A stretch of 64,000 nucleotides of DNA from the NCBI GenBank assembly GCA_965242965.1, contig OZ251518.1, positions 2,560,001-2,624,000 on the forward strand, given 5' to 3'. The notes under the pieces are model-generated. The model saw only the letters and a program-made list of their open reading frames with translations, did no database searches and had not been told where the DNA came from. This document shows, piece after piece, positions 29,900 to 38,928 of the stretch; the first letter of the stretch is position 1; each line of letters begins with the position of its first letter. A program made the translations under genes and the position numbers. The DNA is from Candidatus Poribacteria bacterium (GTDB taxonomy: Bacteria > Poribacteria > WGA-4E > WGA-3G).

Positions 29900-30295
29900 T
29901 GTAGTTCGGGATCGCCTGATCCCGAACGGGTCAAGGCAAGGCCGTCTCACCAACCGTAGCGCGGGGGACAGGCCCCCGCGATCGTTCGATCTGCGCGAAA
30001 AACGCACCGACCAAGGCTTTTCGTTCCGATCGCGGCATGGCGAGGGACAGGCCCTCGCCCTACGGTGAAACGGAGACAGCCTTGCAAACCGTAGCGCGGG
30101 GGCCTGTCCCCCGCGATCGCCCGATCTGCGCGAAAAACGCACGCAGACCCAGGCCGTTTCCCTTCCGATCGAGGCACGGCGAGGGACAGGCCCTCGCCCT
30201 ACGGTGACGACACTATAATCTTGCTAATCTTGTGAAATCTTGGAAATCCTGCTCAATCTTGGAAATCCTGCTCAATCTTGAAAATCCTGCTCATC
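29900..30295. repeat. REP cluster plus AATCTTG/AATCCTG short repeats
   Basis: Duplicated REP pair; AATCTTGGAAATCCTGCTC-like unit repeated about 3 times. Confidence 0.9.
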
Positions 30296-30311
30296 TCTTC
30301 CCGTTTTTCCC

Positions 30312-30340
30312 TTGACATCCACCCCAAAATCTGTTATCAT
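30312..30340 (+). promoter_or_regulatory. sigma70-type promoter, possibly a leaderless transcript
   Basis: TTGACA-N17-TATCAT, with the ATG 7 nt after the -10 box. Confidence 0.6.
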
Positions 30341-30347
30341 AAATGAT

Positions 30348-31046
30348 ATGAACGCCGAACGCACCATCAACACCCTTTTAAATCAGATTCGGGATGAACT
30401 TCTCCCGCAGATTGCACGCGGACCGGAGATGCAGTCAGCTGAAAATCTACACCGATTTCGGAGCCGACTCCATAGTGTCCACTACGCCTGCATCCGCTCG
30501 CAGTTTCCACTCGCGCTGCGCACGCAAGTAGAAACGCTCCTCGCAACCAGTGCAGACCTGTGGAACCTCATCACCGAAAACGAGTTGACGCTAAAAAACC
30601 TGAAGGATTACACCCGCGTCCGCACGTTCTCCGCCGAAGCAGAGGGGCTCACCAACCTTGAGGAGCTCATCTCCGGTGAGGACAGCCTGCGCGATGTCAT
30701 GGTTAACGGCATCGCTTTCATGCTGAATTGGAAGGCGAATTCCATCTGGGTAGATTCCGCGAAGCGCGCACGCACCGTCATGGCGAAAAATTATACGCTG
30801 GAAATTCAGGACAGGATTTGGCAGTTCATCAAAGAGAGCACGGCGCAAACCAACGAAATGGACATCGCGCAAGCGGAGCAGGTCCGTGAACGCGCCGAAC
30901 GGTTCCTCGCTATAATTCACGCTAGCGATTTGCCTACGGAAGCACACGTCGGGCTGCTCATGCACATCTATGTGCTGTTGCTGCGGATGCAACTGGGGAG
31001 GCTCATTATTCAATTGGAAAATCTTCGGGATAACGGAAGCGGTTAA
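30348..31046 (+). CDS. Hypothetical alpha-helical protein
   Basis: Long ORF directly behind a promoter; no motif recognised. Confidence 0.7.
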   Translation: MNAERTINTLLNQIRDELLPQIARGPEMQSAENLHRFRSRLHSVHYACIRSQFPLALRTQVETLLATSADLWNLITENELTLKNLKDYTRVRTFSAEAEGLTNLEELISGEDSLRDVMVNGIAFMLNWKANSIWVDSAKRARTVMAKNYTLEIQDRIWQFIKESTAQTNEMDIAQAEQVRERAERFLAIIHASDLPTEAHVGLLMHIYVLLLRMQLGRLIIQLENLRDNGSG

Positions 31047-31225
31047 TGTCGCCCCCCTGGTCCGTAGCATGGCGAGGGACAGGCCCACGCCCTACGGAAA
31101 AGACGAGCATAGCGAGGGACAGGCCCTCGCCCTACGAAAAGACGAGACGGTTCCATTGGCAAGAGCAGGTGCTCTTGCCCTATAGATTCAACGGATTTTT
31201 ACGAAAAAGCAAAAATGGAGGAACG

Positions 31226-32014
31226 ATGCAAGAAAATCAGAAAGAACTTTTTGAAGCACTAGCCAACGTCATTGCCACGCTGCGGAGCGAAAACGGGTGT
31301 CCCTGGGACCGCGCCCAAACACACGAGACGCTCAAACCTACTCTCATTGAGGAAACCTACGAGGTTGTGGAAGCCATCGATGCCGCAGTGCCAGCGAAAC
31401 TGAAAGAGGAACTCGGAGATCTGCTCCTCAACGTCATGCTCCAAGCACAGATCGCGGCTGAGAGCCAGCATTTCACCATCGGGGATGTCATTCAAACCAT
31501 CACCGAGAAACTCATCCGCCGGCACCCGCACGTCTTCGGCGACGTTGAGGCTGACGATACCGAGACTGTCTTCAAAAATTGGGAGGAGATCAAACGGCAA
31601 GAGCGCGGTTACGAAGATAGACACTCCGTGCTTGACGGCGTGCCAGACGCGCTTCCTAGTTTGCAAAGGGCGCAGAAACTTCAGCGACGCGCCACCGGTG
31701 TCGGGTTTGATTGGGCAGAACTCGCCGATGTCATCGCCAAAGTTGACGAAGAAATCGGCGAGGTGAAGGCGAGTCTCAAGGCGAACGAACCGGACGCAAC
31801 CGAGATGGAACTCGGCGATCTGCTGTTCGCTGTCGTGAATCTCTGCCGATTTATGAACGTCCAAGCGGAAGAAGCGTTGCGGCAAGCGAACCGCAAATTC
31901 ACAGCACGCTTCAAATGGATGGAAGCAGAAATCGAACGCCGCGGGAAATCCTTCGCAGACTATGATCTCGCAGGACTTGACGCAATCTGGGAAGCCGCTA
32001 AGCGGCATGTATAA
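31226..32014 (+). CDS. mazG: Nucleoside triphosphate pyrophosphohydrolase MazG
   Basis: GCPWDRAQTH, EELGDLL, KLIRRHPHVFG, GFDW; start MQENQK with GGAGG RBS. Confidence 0.95.
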   Translation: MQENQKELFEALANVIATLRSENGCPWDRAQTHETLKPTLIEETYEVVEAIDAAVPAKLKEELGDLLLNVMLQAQIAAESQHFTIGDVIQTITEKLIRRHPHVFGDVEADDTETVFKNWEEIKRQERGYEDRHSVLDGVPDALPSLQRAQKLQRRATGVGFDWAELADVIAKVDEEIGEVKASLKANEPDATEMELGDLLFAVVNLCRFMNVQAEEALRQANRKFTARFKWMEAEIERRGKSFADYDLAGLDAIWEAAKRHV

Positions 32015-32015
32015 G

Positions 32016-32744
32016 ATGAAATACCTCAACTTCCCCGACTACAGCCAATTCTCGCAACTTTTTGAAGAGCTGGATCCGGCGGGACAGCCGCGCATAGAAA
32101 TCGTCCACGGGGTCCGCGATGCAGGCAAACGCCTCGGTATCTTTTCGGGCTCGTTTAATCCGCTTACCGTGGCGCACACCGCCGTGGTAGAGGAGGCAGT
32201 CAAGCAATTTCAATTGGACGAACTGCTCCTGCTCCTCGCCAAAGCGAACGTGGATAAGGACATATTCGGTTTGCCGCTCGCTGCGCGGCTCGTCACCCTC
32301 AAACGATACGCGGAAAGCCGCCCGGACATTTCAGTCGGTGCTTCAAGCCACGGCAGATATATTGACAAAATCACGGCGTTAAGCGCGCTATATCCGCCGG
32401 AAACTGAATTCCATTTCATCGTCGGATATGACACCCTCATCCGCATATTCGATGCGAAATACTACACGGACTTCGATGCCGAATTGCAGGAACTCTTCGC
32501 TGCGTGTCGCTTCATCGCCGCGAATCGTGCCGAAGCGGACGCGGAGACGATAGATGCGTTCATGTCTCAACCGGCGACGCGCCCGTATGCACCTTTCGTT
32601 TCAAGCCTCGCGTTGCCGGTGGCGTATGCCGAGATTTCGTCAACGGAGATTCGTCAGCGGCTTGAACAAGGCGAGCCGATTACGCACCTGGTGCCGCCGG
32701 TTGTTGCTGCGCTGTTGGAGGCGGACTCCATTTGTAGTCAATGA
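32016..32744 (+). CDS. nadD: Nicotinate/nicotinamide-nucleotide adenylyltransferase-like
   Basis: SGSFNPLTVAH, FIVGYD, ISSTEIR. Confidence 0.8.
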   Translation: MKYLNFPDYSQFSQLFEELDPAGQPRIEIVHGVRDAGKRLGIFSGSFNPLTVAHTAVVEEAVKQFQLDELLLLLAKANVDKDIFGLPLAARLVTLKRYAESRPDISVGASSHGRYIDKITALSALYPPETEFHFIVGYDTLIRIFDAKYYTDFDAELQELFAACRFIAANRAEADAETIDAFMSQPATRPYAPFVSSLALPVAYAEISSTEIRQRLEQGEPITHLVPPVVAALLEADSICSQ

Positions 32745-33294
32745 CAGGCTTCCCGATTTTTGGGCAGGTATAGATGCGCGCGTCCAAATGTTCGCAACTC
32801 AGGCACGACTTGCGGCCGTTCGTCGCCGTTTTCGCCTGAAAGAATTGGCATTTATCGGCGATTTCCTCCATCTGGGTGCGGTGTTCCGCGGCGAGGGGGC
32901 TCTCTTCAACCGGTTCCGCCCCCCTGTCAATGGCGCGCGTCGGTTCGCCATTCCGTTCCCAAATGCTGTTAATCACCTCTGCCAGAATCGCCCGATAGGT
33001 TTGCGCGCCGGCCGGTTCCGGCGAATAGAGCGTCACCTCGTTCGCGAGGCAGTATTTGGCGAGGCCCTTCAGTCGGCTCTGTTCGTCCTTTCGGTATTCA
33101 GCGCGGAGCTGCGCCTTGAAAGCGCGCTGAAATTCGTCCCACACGATTTGCTTCGCTTCCCACTTTTGCAGCAACTCCGCCGCGGGCGTGAGTTCCGGCA
33201 GATGCCGCAATCCTGCCACCGCCTCATGGCTGATGGCGAACCGGTTCTGTGTTTTGTCTTGTGCAAGATTTTCAAGCGTGTCCAAATATAACAT
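32680..33294 (-). CDS. DUF488-like protein with C-terminal Cys cluster
   Basis: ELTPAAELLQKW...WDEFQRAF...VTL...RAILAEV pattern; GAGGAG RBS before ATG 33294; overlaps the nadD 3' end. Confidence 0.55.
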   Translation of the reverse strand: MLYLDTLENLAQDKTQNRFAISHEAVAGLRHLPELTPAAELLQKWEAKQIVWDEFQRAFKAQLRAEYRKDEQSRLKGLAKYCLANEVTLYSPEPAGAQTYRAILAEVINSIWERNGEPTRAIDRGAEPVEESPLAAEHRTQMEEIADKCQFFQAKTATNGRKSCLSCEHLDARIYTCPKIGKPVIDYKWSPPPTAQQQPAAPGA

Positions 33295-33725
33295 CTGTCT
33301 GTTCTCCTCAATTCGGTGCAGTAACTCCTGATGAGGGTGGCGCGTTTTGAAAGCGCGCCACCCGGAGCCCGCGTCCATCCTTCTTAATTTATGACGTAAA
33401 AAATCGACAAAAAGTTACGTTTTTCGATACATGTCTCTATTTTAACACACTTCCCCCCGCGATTTCCAACTTTTTGTGTCTTATCCTACACAGTTTCCTG
33501 TGATTTTGCCGTTTTAACGTTGGCACGATTTTTGCTATTGTTTTATCAGGAAAACGTTCGCGTGGATAGTTCTCCCCACTGATTTGAAACCCGAACGGAG
33601 ACTCATCGTTTATTTTATTAAGTTTACGGCAGAAGATGCAAATCTTCGGCACACAAAGCGGAAATCGGGGCTCGGCATGCATTATCGCCCCACAGCAAAC
33701 TCAGCAAACTCTTTCAGGAGGCAAC

Positions 33726-33890
33726 ATGATGTTTAGCGGAATCGAATTTGTTATCGGCGGCTTAGGCGCGCTCATGGGTATCGGCGGCGGCTACTTGATG
33801 CTGAACGCCTTTTTCGCCGGCATCCAGCGGATTGCCAAACCCAGAACCGTCGAAGTCAAAAGCGTCAAGGAAAAAAGACTTGACAATTGA
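33726..33890 (+). CDS. Small single-TM membrane protein (54 aa)
   Basis: AGGAGG RBS; Gly-rich hydrophobic helix followed by a basic tail. Confidence 0.7.
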   Translation: MMFSGIEFVIGGLGALMGIGGGYLMLNAFFAGIQRIAKPRTVEVKSVKEKRLDN

Positions 33891-33956
33891 CACCGTTTCG
33901 GGGATCATATTAAGGTAGGCACGATTCCACATCGCGCCTACCGGAGAAGCGCAGGA

Positions 33957-34643
33957 ATGCCCTACGCCATCAACCATCACGACTTACACGCCTGGGATGT
34001 CACCCCTGCCGAAGCGCGGAACATCCAAAACGAACTTCGCGACAAGGTGATTCGGGAGGACCGGCATGACACGATTGATACCGTCGCCGGTGTGGACATC
34101 GGGCTGCGGAAGGACATGGCTCTCGCCGCCGTAGTCGTCCTCAGCTACCCCGAATTGCAGGTGACAGAACGCGTGGTAGTGGAGAGTCCTGTCCGTTTTC
34201 CTTACATACCAGGGTTGCTCTCGTTCCGGGAAATCCCGCCGCTGCTAGCGGCGTTTTCCCAATTGCAAACGGAGCCTTCCCTCGTGATGGTTGACGGACA
34301 CGGTATTGCGCACCCAAGACGGTTCGGCATCGCAGCGCACTTAGGGCTGCTTTTGGATAAACCGACGATTGGGTGTGCAAAGTCCCGCCTCTGCGGCCGA
34401 TACGCAGAGCCCAACACGGAACGCGGGGCTTATGAATATTTGTATGACGCGGACGAGGTAATCGGAGCCGTCGTCCGAACCCGGTCCAACGTGCGGCCTG
34501 TCTATGTGTCAATAGGACACCGCATCGCTTTGGATTCGGCAGTTACACTCTGTTTGACTTGTGGCAGTGGATACCGCCTGCCGGAGCCGACTCGGCAGGC
34601 CCACAACGCCGCAAGCGCATTTAAAAAGACAACGCGGCCTTGA
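33957..34643 (+). CDS. nfi: Endonuclease V
   Basis: AGVD, FPYIPGLLSFRE, VDGHGIAHPRRFG, GCAK, RLPEPTR. Confidence 0.97.
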   Translation: MPYAINHHDLHAWDVTPAEARNIQNELRDKVIREDRHDTIDTVAGVDIGLRKDMALAAVVVLSYPELQVTERVVVESPVRFPYIPGLLSFREIPPLLAAFSQLQTEPSLVMVDGHGIAHPRRFGIAAHLGLLLDKPTIGCAKSRLCGRYAEPNTERGAYEYLYDADEVIGAVVRTRSNVRPVYVSIGHRIALDSAVTLCLTCGSGYRLPEPTRQAHNAASAFKKTTRP

Positions 34644-34673
34644 AATGCGAATACGTTCGGCCGCCAGAAAGCA

Positions 34674-35849
34674 ATGGACATATTCTCAAAACGCTTGAAC
34701 CGGTTGCCGCCGTATATGTTCGGCAAACTCAAGCAGTTAACGCACGAACGCCGACAGCTGGGTATTGACATTATTGACTTGGGGATGGGCAATCCAAACC
34801 AACCCACGCCTCAGCCTATTATTGATAAACTCACCGAAGCCGCGCAGGAGCTCCGGCACCACCGCTACTCTGCCTCGCGCGGCATCTTCAATCTCCGACG
34901 CGAAGTCAGTTGGCATTATGAACGCCGGTTCGGTGTCAGCATCGACGCGGAGGAAGAAGCCATCGCCGTCATCGGAACGAAAGAGGGCCTTGGGCATCTC
35001 GCGCTCGCGCTCATCGACGAAGGCGATCTGGCGATGGTGCCGAACCCCACGTTCCCCATTCATACCTACAGCGTCGTCCTCGCCGGCGGAAGCGTCGTCA
35101 GCATCCCCTTAACCGAAGAAAATCATTTCGTCCCAACCCTCGCAGAGATTAGGCGCGATATCTGGCCACGCCCGAAAGTGCTTATCTTGAGCTTCCCGCA
35201 CAACCCCACCGGTGCAGTCACAGACTTGGCGTTTTTTGAAGAAGTGGTAGACTTCGCCAAGCGGCAGGACATGATAGTCATCCACGACTTAGCGTATGCC
35301 GACATCGTTTTTGACGGCTACGAGGCTCCGAGTTTCCTGCAGGCGAAAGGCGCGAAGGATGTCGGCGTAGAATTCTTCTCGCTTTCCAAATCCTATAACA
35401 TGGCGGGATGGCGGTGTGGGTTCGCCGTCGGCAATCGCGAGATTATCGAGGCACTCGCGCGCATCAAAGGCTACTACGATTACGGTATCTTCGCGCCTAT
35501 CCAAGTCGCCTCAATTATGGCACTGCGCACGCCAGCGGATGTCGTTCAGGAAAACGCCGAAGTCTACCGGAAACGTCGCGATGTGCTAGTTGAAGGATTA
35601 AACCGCATCGGTTGGCAGGTAAAAACGCCGCGGGCATCGATGTTCGTCTGGGCCCCGATTCCGGAACCGTGGCGGCATCTGAGTTCGATGGAGTTCTCAA
35701 TGAAGTTGCTCAACGAGGCGGAGGTGTGCGTCTCTCCTGGGGCCGGTTTTGGGCACAACGGGGAGGGATATGTCCGCATCGCTCTCGTAGAAAATGAAGA
35801 CCGGATTCGGCAAGCGGTCCGGCAAATGCGGCGGGCACTGTTTGGTTAA
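34674..35849 (+). CDS. alaC: PLP-dependent class I/II aminotransferase (AlaC/LL-DAP aminotransferase-like)
   Basis: DLGMGNP, HRYSASRG, FPHNPTG, HDLAY, SLSKSYNMAGWR. Confidence 0.8.
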   Translation: MDIFSKRLNRLPPYMFGKLKQLTHERRQLGIDIIDLGMGNPNQPTPQPIIDKLTEAAQELRHHRYSASRGIFNLRREVSWHYERRFGVSIDAEEEAIAVIGTKEGLGHLALALIDEGDLAMVPNPTFPIHTYSVVLAGGSVVSIPLTEENHFVPTLAEIRRDIWPRPKVLILSFPHNPTGAVTDLAFFEEVVDFAKRQDMIVIHDLAYADIVFDGYEAPSFLQAKGAKDVGVEFFSLSKSYNMAGWRCGFAVGNREIIEALARIKGYYDYGIFAPIQVASIMALRTPADVVQENAEVYRKRRDVLVEGLNRIGWQVKTPRASMFVWAPIPEPWRHLSSMEFSMKLLNEAEVCVSPGAGFGHNGEGYVRIALVENEDRIRQAVRQMRRALFG

Positions 35850-35884
35850 TTTCTAAACGTGCACGAAGAAAGTTTGATATCAAT

Positions 35885-36153
35885 GAGGGGGGGTTCATAA
35901 ATTTATCCCCCTTGGGGGAGGGCGAATACCGATAGAAAAGCAAGGGGGCGCGTCGGCCCCACCGCTGTAGTTCGGGAGCACCCGCTCCCGAACGGGTCAG
36001 GATCAGGCGATCCTGAACTACAGGGGTGATGAGATCTGACAGCAAAACACAAGGCGAGGGACAGGCCCTCGCCCTACGTGAAGAGGCGGCGTTTTTTCAC
36101 CGCAGCGCGGGGGCCTGTCCCCCGCGACGTTGAACGAGTTATGAAACACCCCC
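35885..36153. mobile_element. Composite REP-containing MITE-like element
   Basis: GAGGGGGGGTTCATA ... TATGAAACACCCCC; same internal order as the 5504 and 9429 copies. Confidence 0.8.
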
Positions 36154-36235
36154 ATTTAACGGAGGGTGTTTCATACAACTTAATAATCGCTCACTACAAT
36201 CATTTGGTGTGGGCATTCTCTAAGGAAATTATACA

Positions 36236-36634
36236 ATGACAACAGCAAAAGTTAACCTCACGGATGCTCAGATGGATGTCATCCGCCAAACGCACGAACG
36301 CGATGCCATCAGATTTGTTATCCATGACATCTTAGTCCGAGATGGAACGGCAATCCAATGCGATATCGTCGCCGAAGTCAACAGGCGTCTTGCCCCGATC
36401 CACAACGAGTTGAAAACTACCACTAAGCATTATCCAGACTATGCTGTCGCAGCGATTCTGCAGCAGTTCAACCAGTATAAAGGTTGGACAATCCGCGGCG
36501 GTGGCGTTAACAGATTCGTCGAGGGTGGTGCAGAACTAGCCGCTAATTGGATTGATAATCATGTTGGTGTCGATCACAGACATCAATTCTTGAGGGTCCT
36601 TGACATCCTTGAGACTCCAATAATGCGAAGTTGA
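36236..36634 (+). CDS. Hypothetical protein (orphan, more AT-rich)
   Basis: AAGGA RBS; 132 aa; flanked by element termini at 36162 and 36745. Confidence 0.65.
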   Translation: MTTAKVNLTDAQMDVIRQTHERDAIRFVIHDILVRDGTAIQCDIVAEVNRRLAPIHNELKTTTKHYPDYAVAAILQQFNQYKGWTIRGGGVNRFVEGGAELAANWIDNHVGVDHRHQFLRVLDILETPIMRS

Positions 36635-36744
36635 GATGCGCTCTCCCGGTGGCAAGGAATGGAAACTGAGCGCAACCTCCCTTGGGCTCGTCCGCTATTT
36701 TTGCTGAAACGGGCGGATATAGACATCCGCCCTGACAATTTATC

Positions 36745-37200
36745 GAGGGTGTTTCATAAATCGCTCAACGTCGCAGTGACAGCCTCCCGCGATACGGTGA
36801 AAAAACGGAGAATTGCCGGTAGGCAGCCCATACAGGTCTTGATGCGTTCGGTAGGAGAGACCTCCTGGTCTCGATGTGCCCGTAGCGCGGGGGCCTGTCC
36901 CCCGCGTTGTGCATCGTCAAGCAGTGGCGTTTTAAGTCCTTTAGGACCCTACATGTCTATAGTAACACGTGTCGTGCCGTTTTTTTTCGTTCACCCCTCT
37001 CTGTAGTTTGTGATCGCCTGATCACAAACGGGTCAAGATCGGGCGATCTTGACCTACAGGGTGATGCGCTCTGACAGCAAAACGCTGCGAGGGAAACCCG
37101 CTCGGATGCGCGTGTGGCATCCGAGGGCCCTCGCACTACGGTCCGGAAAACCATCAAGACCAGGAGGGCTCTCCTACCGGGAAGCCATTGAGATATGCCC
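36745..37200. repeat. REP cluster beginning with GAGGGTGTTTCATA
   Basis: Several GTAG palindromes and a TAGGACC-type repeat. Confidence 0.85.
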
Positions 37201-37214
37201 CCCCCTTCAATTTA

Positions 37215-38573
37215 TCACACAGGCCAACGCCCCTGGAATTGCGTCACCATCGCCTCTGGCGCGCCGTGTTGGGCTAAAAAGTCTAAGAACGCTTGATAGA
37301 GCCGCCGCGCCTCCGATGTATCCGAATCGAACCGATTGTGCAACTGCCCCGGGTCGGAAGGAAGATGGAACAACTGCTTCGGCGCGCCGCTGTTCTCTAA
37401 CAAGAGGGACCAGGTGCCATCTGTCACGTTTCCGTGTGGGCTGCCTCCATCGGGACTCCAGCCGCCTACCCACGCGCCGTGCGTAATTGCATACTCACGT
37501 CCCGCGTCCGTATCCCCGACGATGACAGGCAGCAGGCTATTTCCTTCAACCTGCGCGCCGCGTTCCGCACCGAAAATATCCAGCACCGTCGCCGGAATGT
37601 CAATGATACTCGCCAGTGCATCGGTGTGCCGAGGTGCCGCCGCCGGATGGTAAATCAGCAGCGGAATGTGGACAACCTCTTCATACATGCTCAGGTTCTT
37701 GGCGAGAAGCCCATGCTCACCTAAGAGGAAACCGTGGTCTGCCATGAAAATAATCATGGTGTTTTCCATCAGCCCCATGTAGTCAATTTTGCGGAGCAGC
37801 TGCCCGATCCAATTATCCACCAGCGATGCTTCGGCGCGATAGAGCGCATTGAGACGTTGCGTTGAACGCTCATCCATCGGGTTCACACCGTAAGGCGGAT
37901 AGATAGGCTCCGGTCCTTCGTAATCGCTGGCATCAAACCTGTGGAGATACCATTCGGGCGCGTCCCACGGTTCGTGCGGATCGAAGGTATCCACCATCAA
38001 GTAGAAGTTCTCGTGGTGGTAGTTCCGTTCCAGCCAATCGCACGCCGTTTGCACAGTCTGCGCGACGAACGTATCTCCCTCGTTCTGCCGAAACGCGATG
38101 TTTCGGAGGTGATTACCGAGCCCGGAGGGCAACCGGTTCGGATGCGTCCGCGTATATTCGCGATACCGTAGCGACTGCTGCGACTCATAGTCGTAGTCCT
38201 GCGTCTCTAAACAGTCGCCTTCCTGCCCGCGAATCCATTTCCATCCCGTGAACCCGCGATTGTAAAAGAAGCCGTTGTTGAGATGGTGCGGCGTATCGGC
38301 AATCATCATGCTGACAACACCGGCTTTGGTGAGTGCGTTCGCAATCACCGGGACATCGCGCTTGAGCGGCTCCCAGCCGCGCCGACAAATGCCGACCTGG
38401 CCTGTCACCAACTCCCCGCGAATCGGCACGGTTGGGTAACTGCAGACATAAGCTTTGTCAAAAACGACGCATTTCTCGGCAAAGGCGTTCAGGGAAGGCG
38501 TGTATCCCTTATCGCCGTAAATAGCGAGGTTATCTCGCCGAAAGGTGTCTGAAATGATGTGGATAACGTTCAT
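37215..38573 (-). CDS. Sulfatase-like hydrolase (alkaline phosphatase superfamily) with a TxPxR motif
   Basis: NVIHIISDTFRRD, YPTVPIRGELVTG, FDPHEPW, MADHG; AAGGAGG RBS. Confidence 0.88.
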   Translation of the reverse strand: MNVIHIISDTFRRDNLAIYGDKGYTPSLNAFAEKCVVFDKAYVCSYPTVPIRGELVTGQVGICRRGWEPLKRDVPVIANALTKAGVVSMMIADTPHHLNNGFFYNRGFTGWKWIRGQEGDCLETQDYDYESQQSLRYREYTRTHPNRLPSGLGNHLRNIAFRQNEGDTFVAQTVQTACDWLERNYHHENFYLMVDTFDPHEPWDAPEWYLHRFDASDYEGPEPIYPPYGVNPMDERSTQRLNALYRAEASLVDNWIGQLLRKIDYMGLMENTMIIFMADHGFLLGEHGLLAKNLSMYEEVVHIPLLIYHPAAAPRHTDALASIIDIPATVLDIFGAERGAQVEGNSLLPVIVGDTDAGREYAITHGAWVGGWSPDGGSPHGNVTDGTWSLLLENSGAPKQLFHLPSDPGQLHNRFDSDTSEARRLYQAFLDFLAQHGAPEAMVTQFQGRWPV

Positions 38574-38589
38574 GAATTCCTCCTTAAAT

Positions 38590-38895
38590 ACCGTAGGTTG
38601 CGGGCCTGTCCCGCAACATGCTCATCGCATGCAAATACCGTAGGTTGCGGGCCTGTCCCGCAACAGGCACAGCGCGTTCTAGAAATCGTAGGTTGCGGGT
38701 CTGTCCCGCAACATGCACAGCGCGTTCTAGAAATCGTAGGTTGCGGGCCTGTCCCGCAACATGCACAGCGCGTGGAAATACCGTAGGTTGCGGGCCTGTC
38801 CCACAACATGTCTATTGTTCCAAAAAAACACAAGAAGACAACATCGAGACCAGGAGGTCTCGCCTACCGCATCGAGACCAGGAGGTCTCTCCTAC
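38590..38895. repeat. Tandem array of five CGTAGGTTGCGGGCCTGTCCCGCAACA units plus two GAGACC-type REPs
   Basis: Units start at about 38592, 38639, 38687, 38735 and 38782 (47-48 nt period). Confidence 0.92.
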
Positions 38896-38928
38896 TGGGG
38901 AAAACCCGCCTCCCGCCATGACTACAAT

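Noticed and set aside
35885-35893. G-run as a phase-variation tract
   Set aside because: It is intergenic and is a variant of the element's terminal repeat.
38590-38810. CRISPR array
   Set aside because: The spacers are near-copies of each other, so this is a tandem REP amplification.
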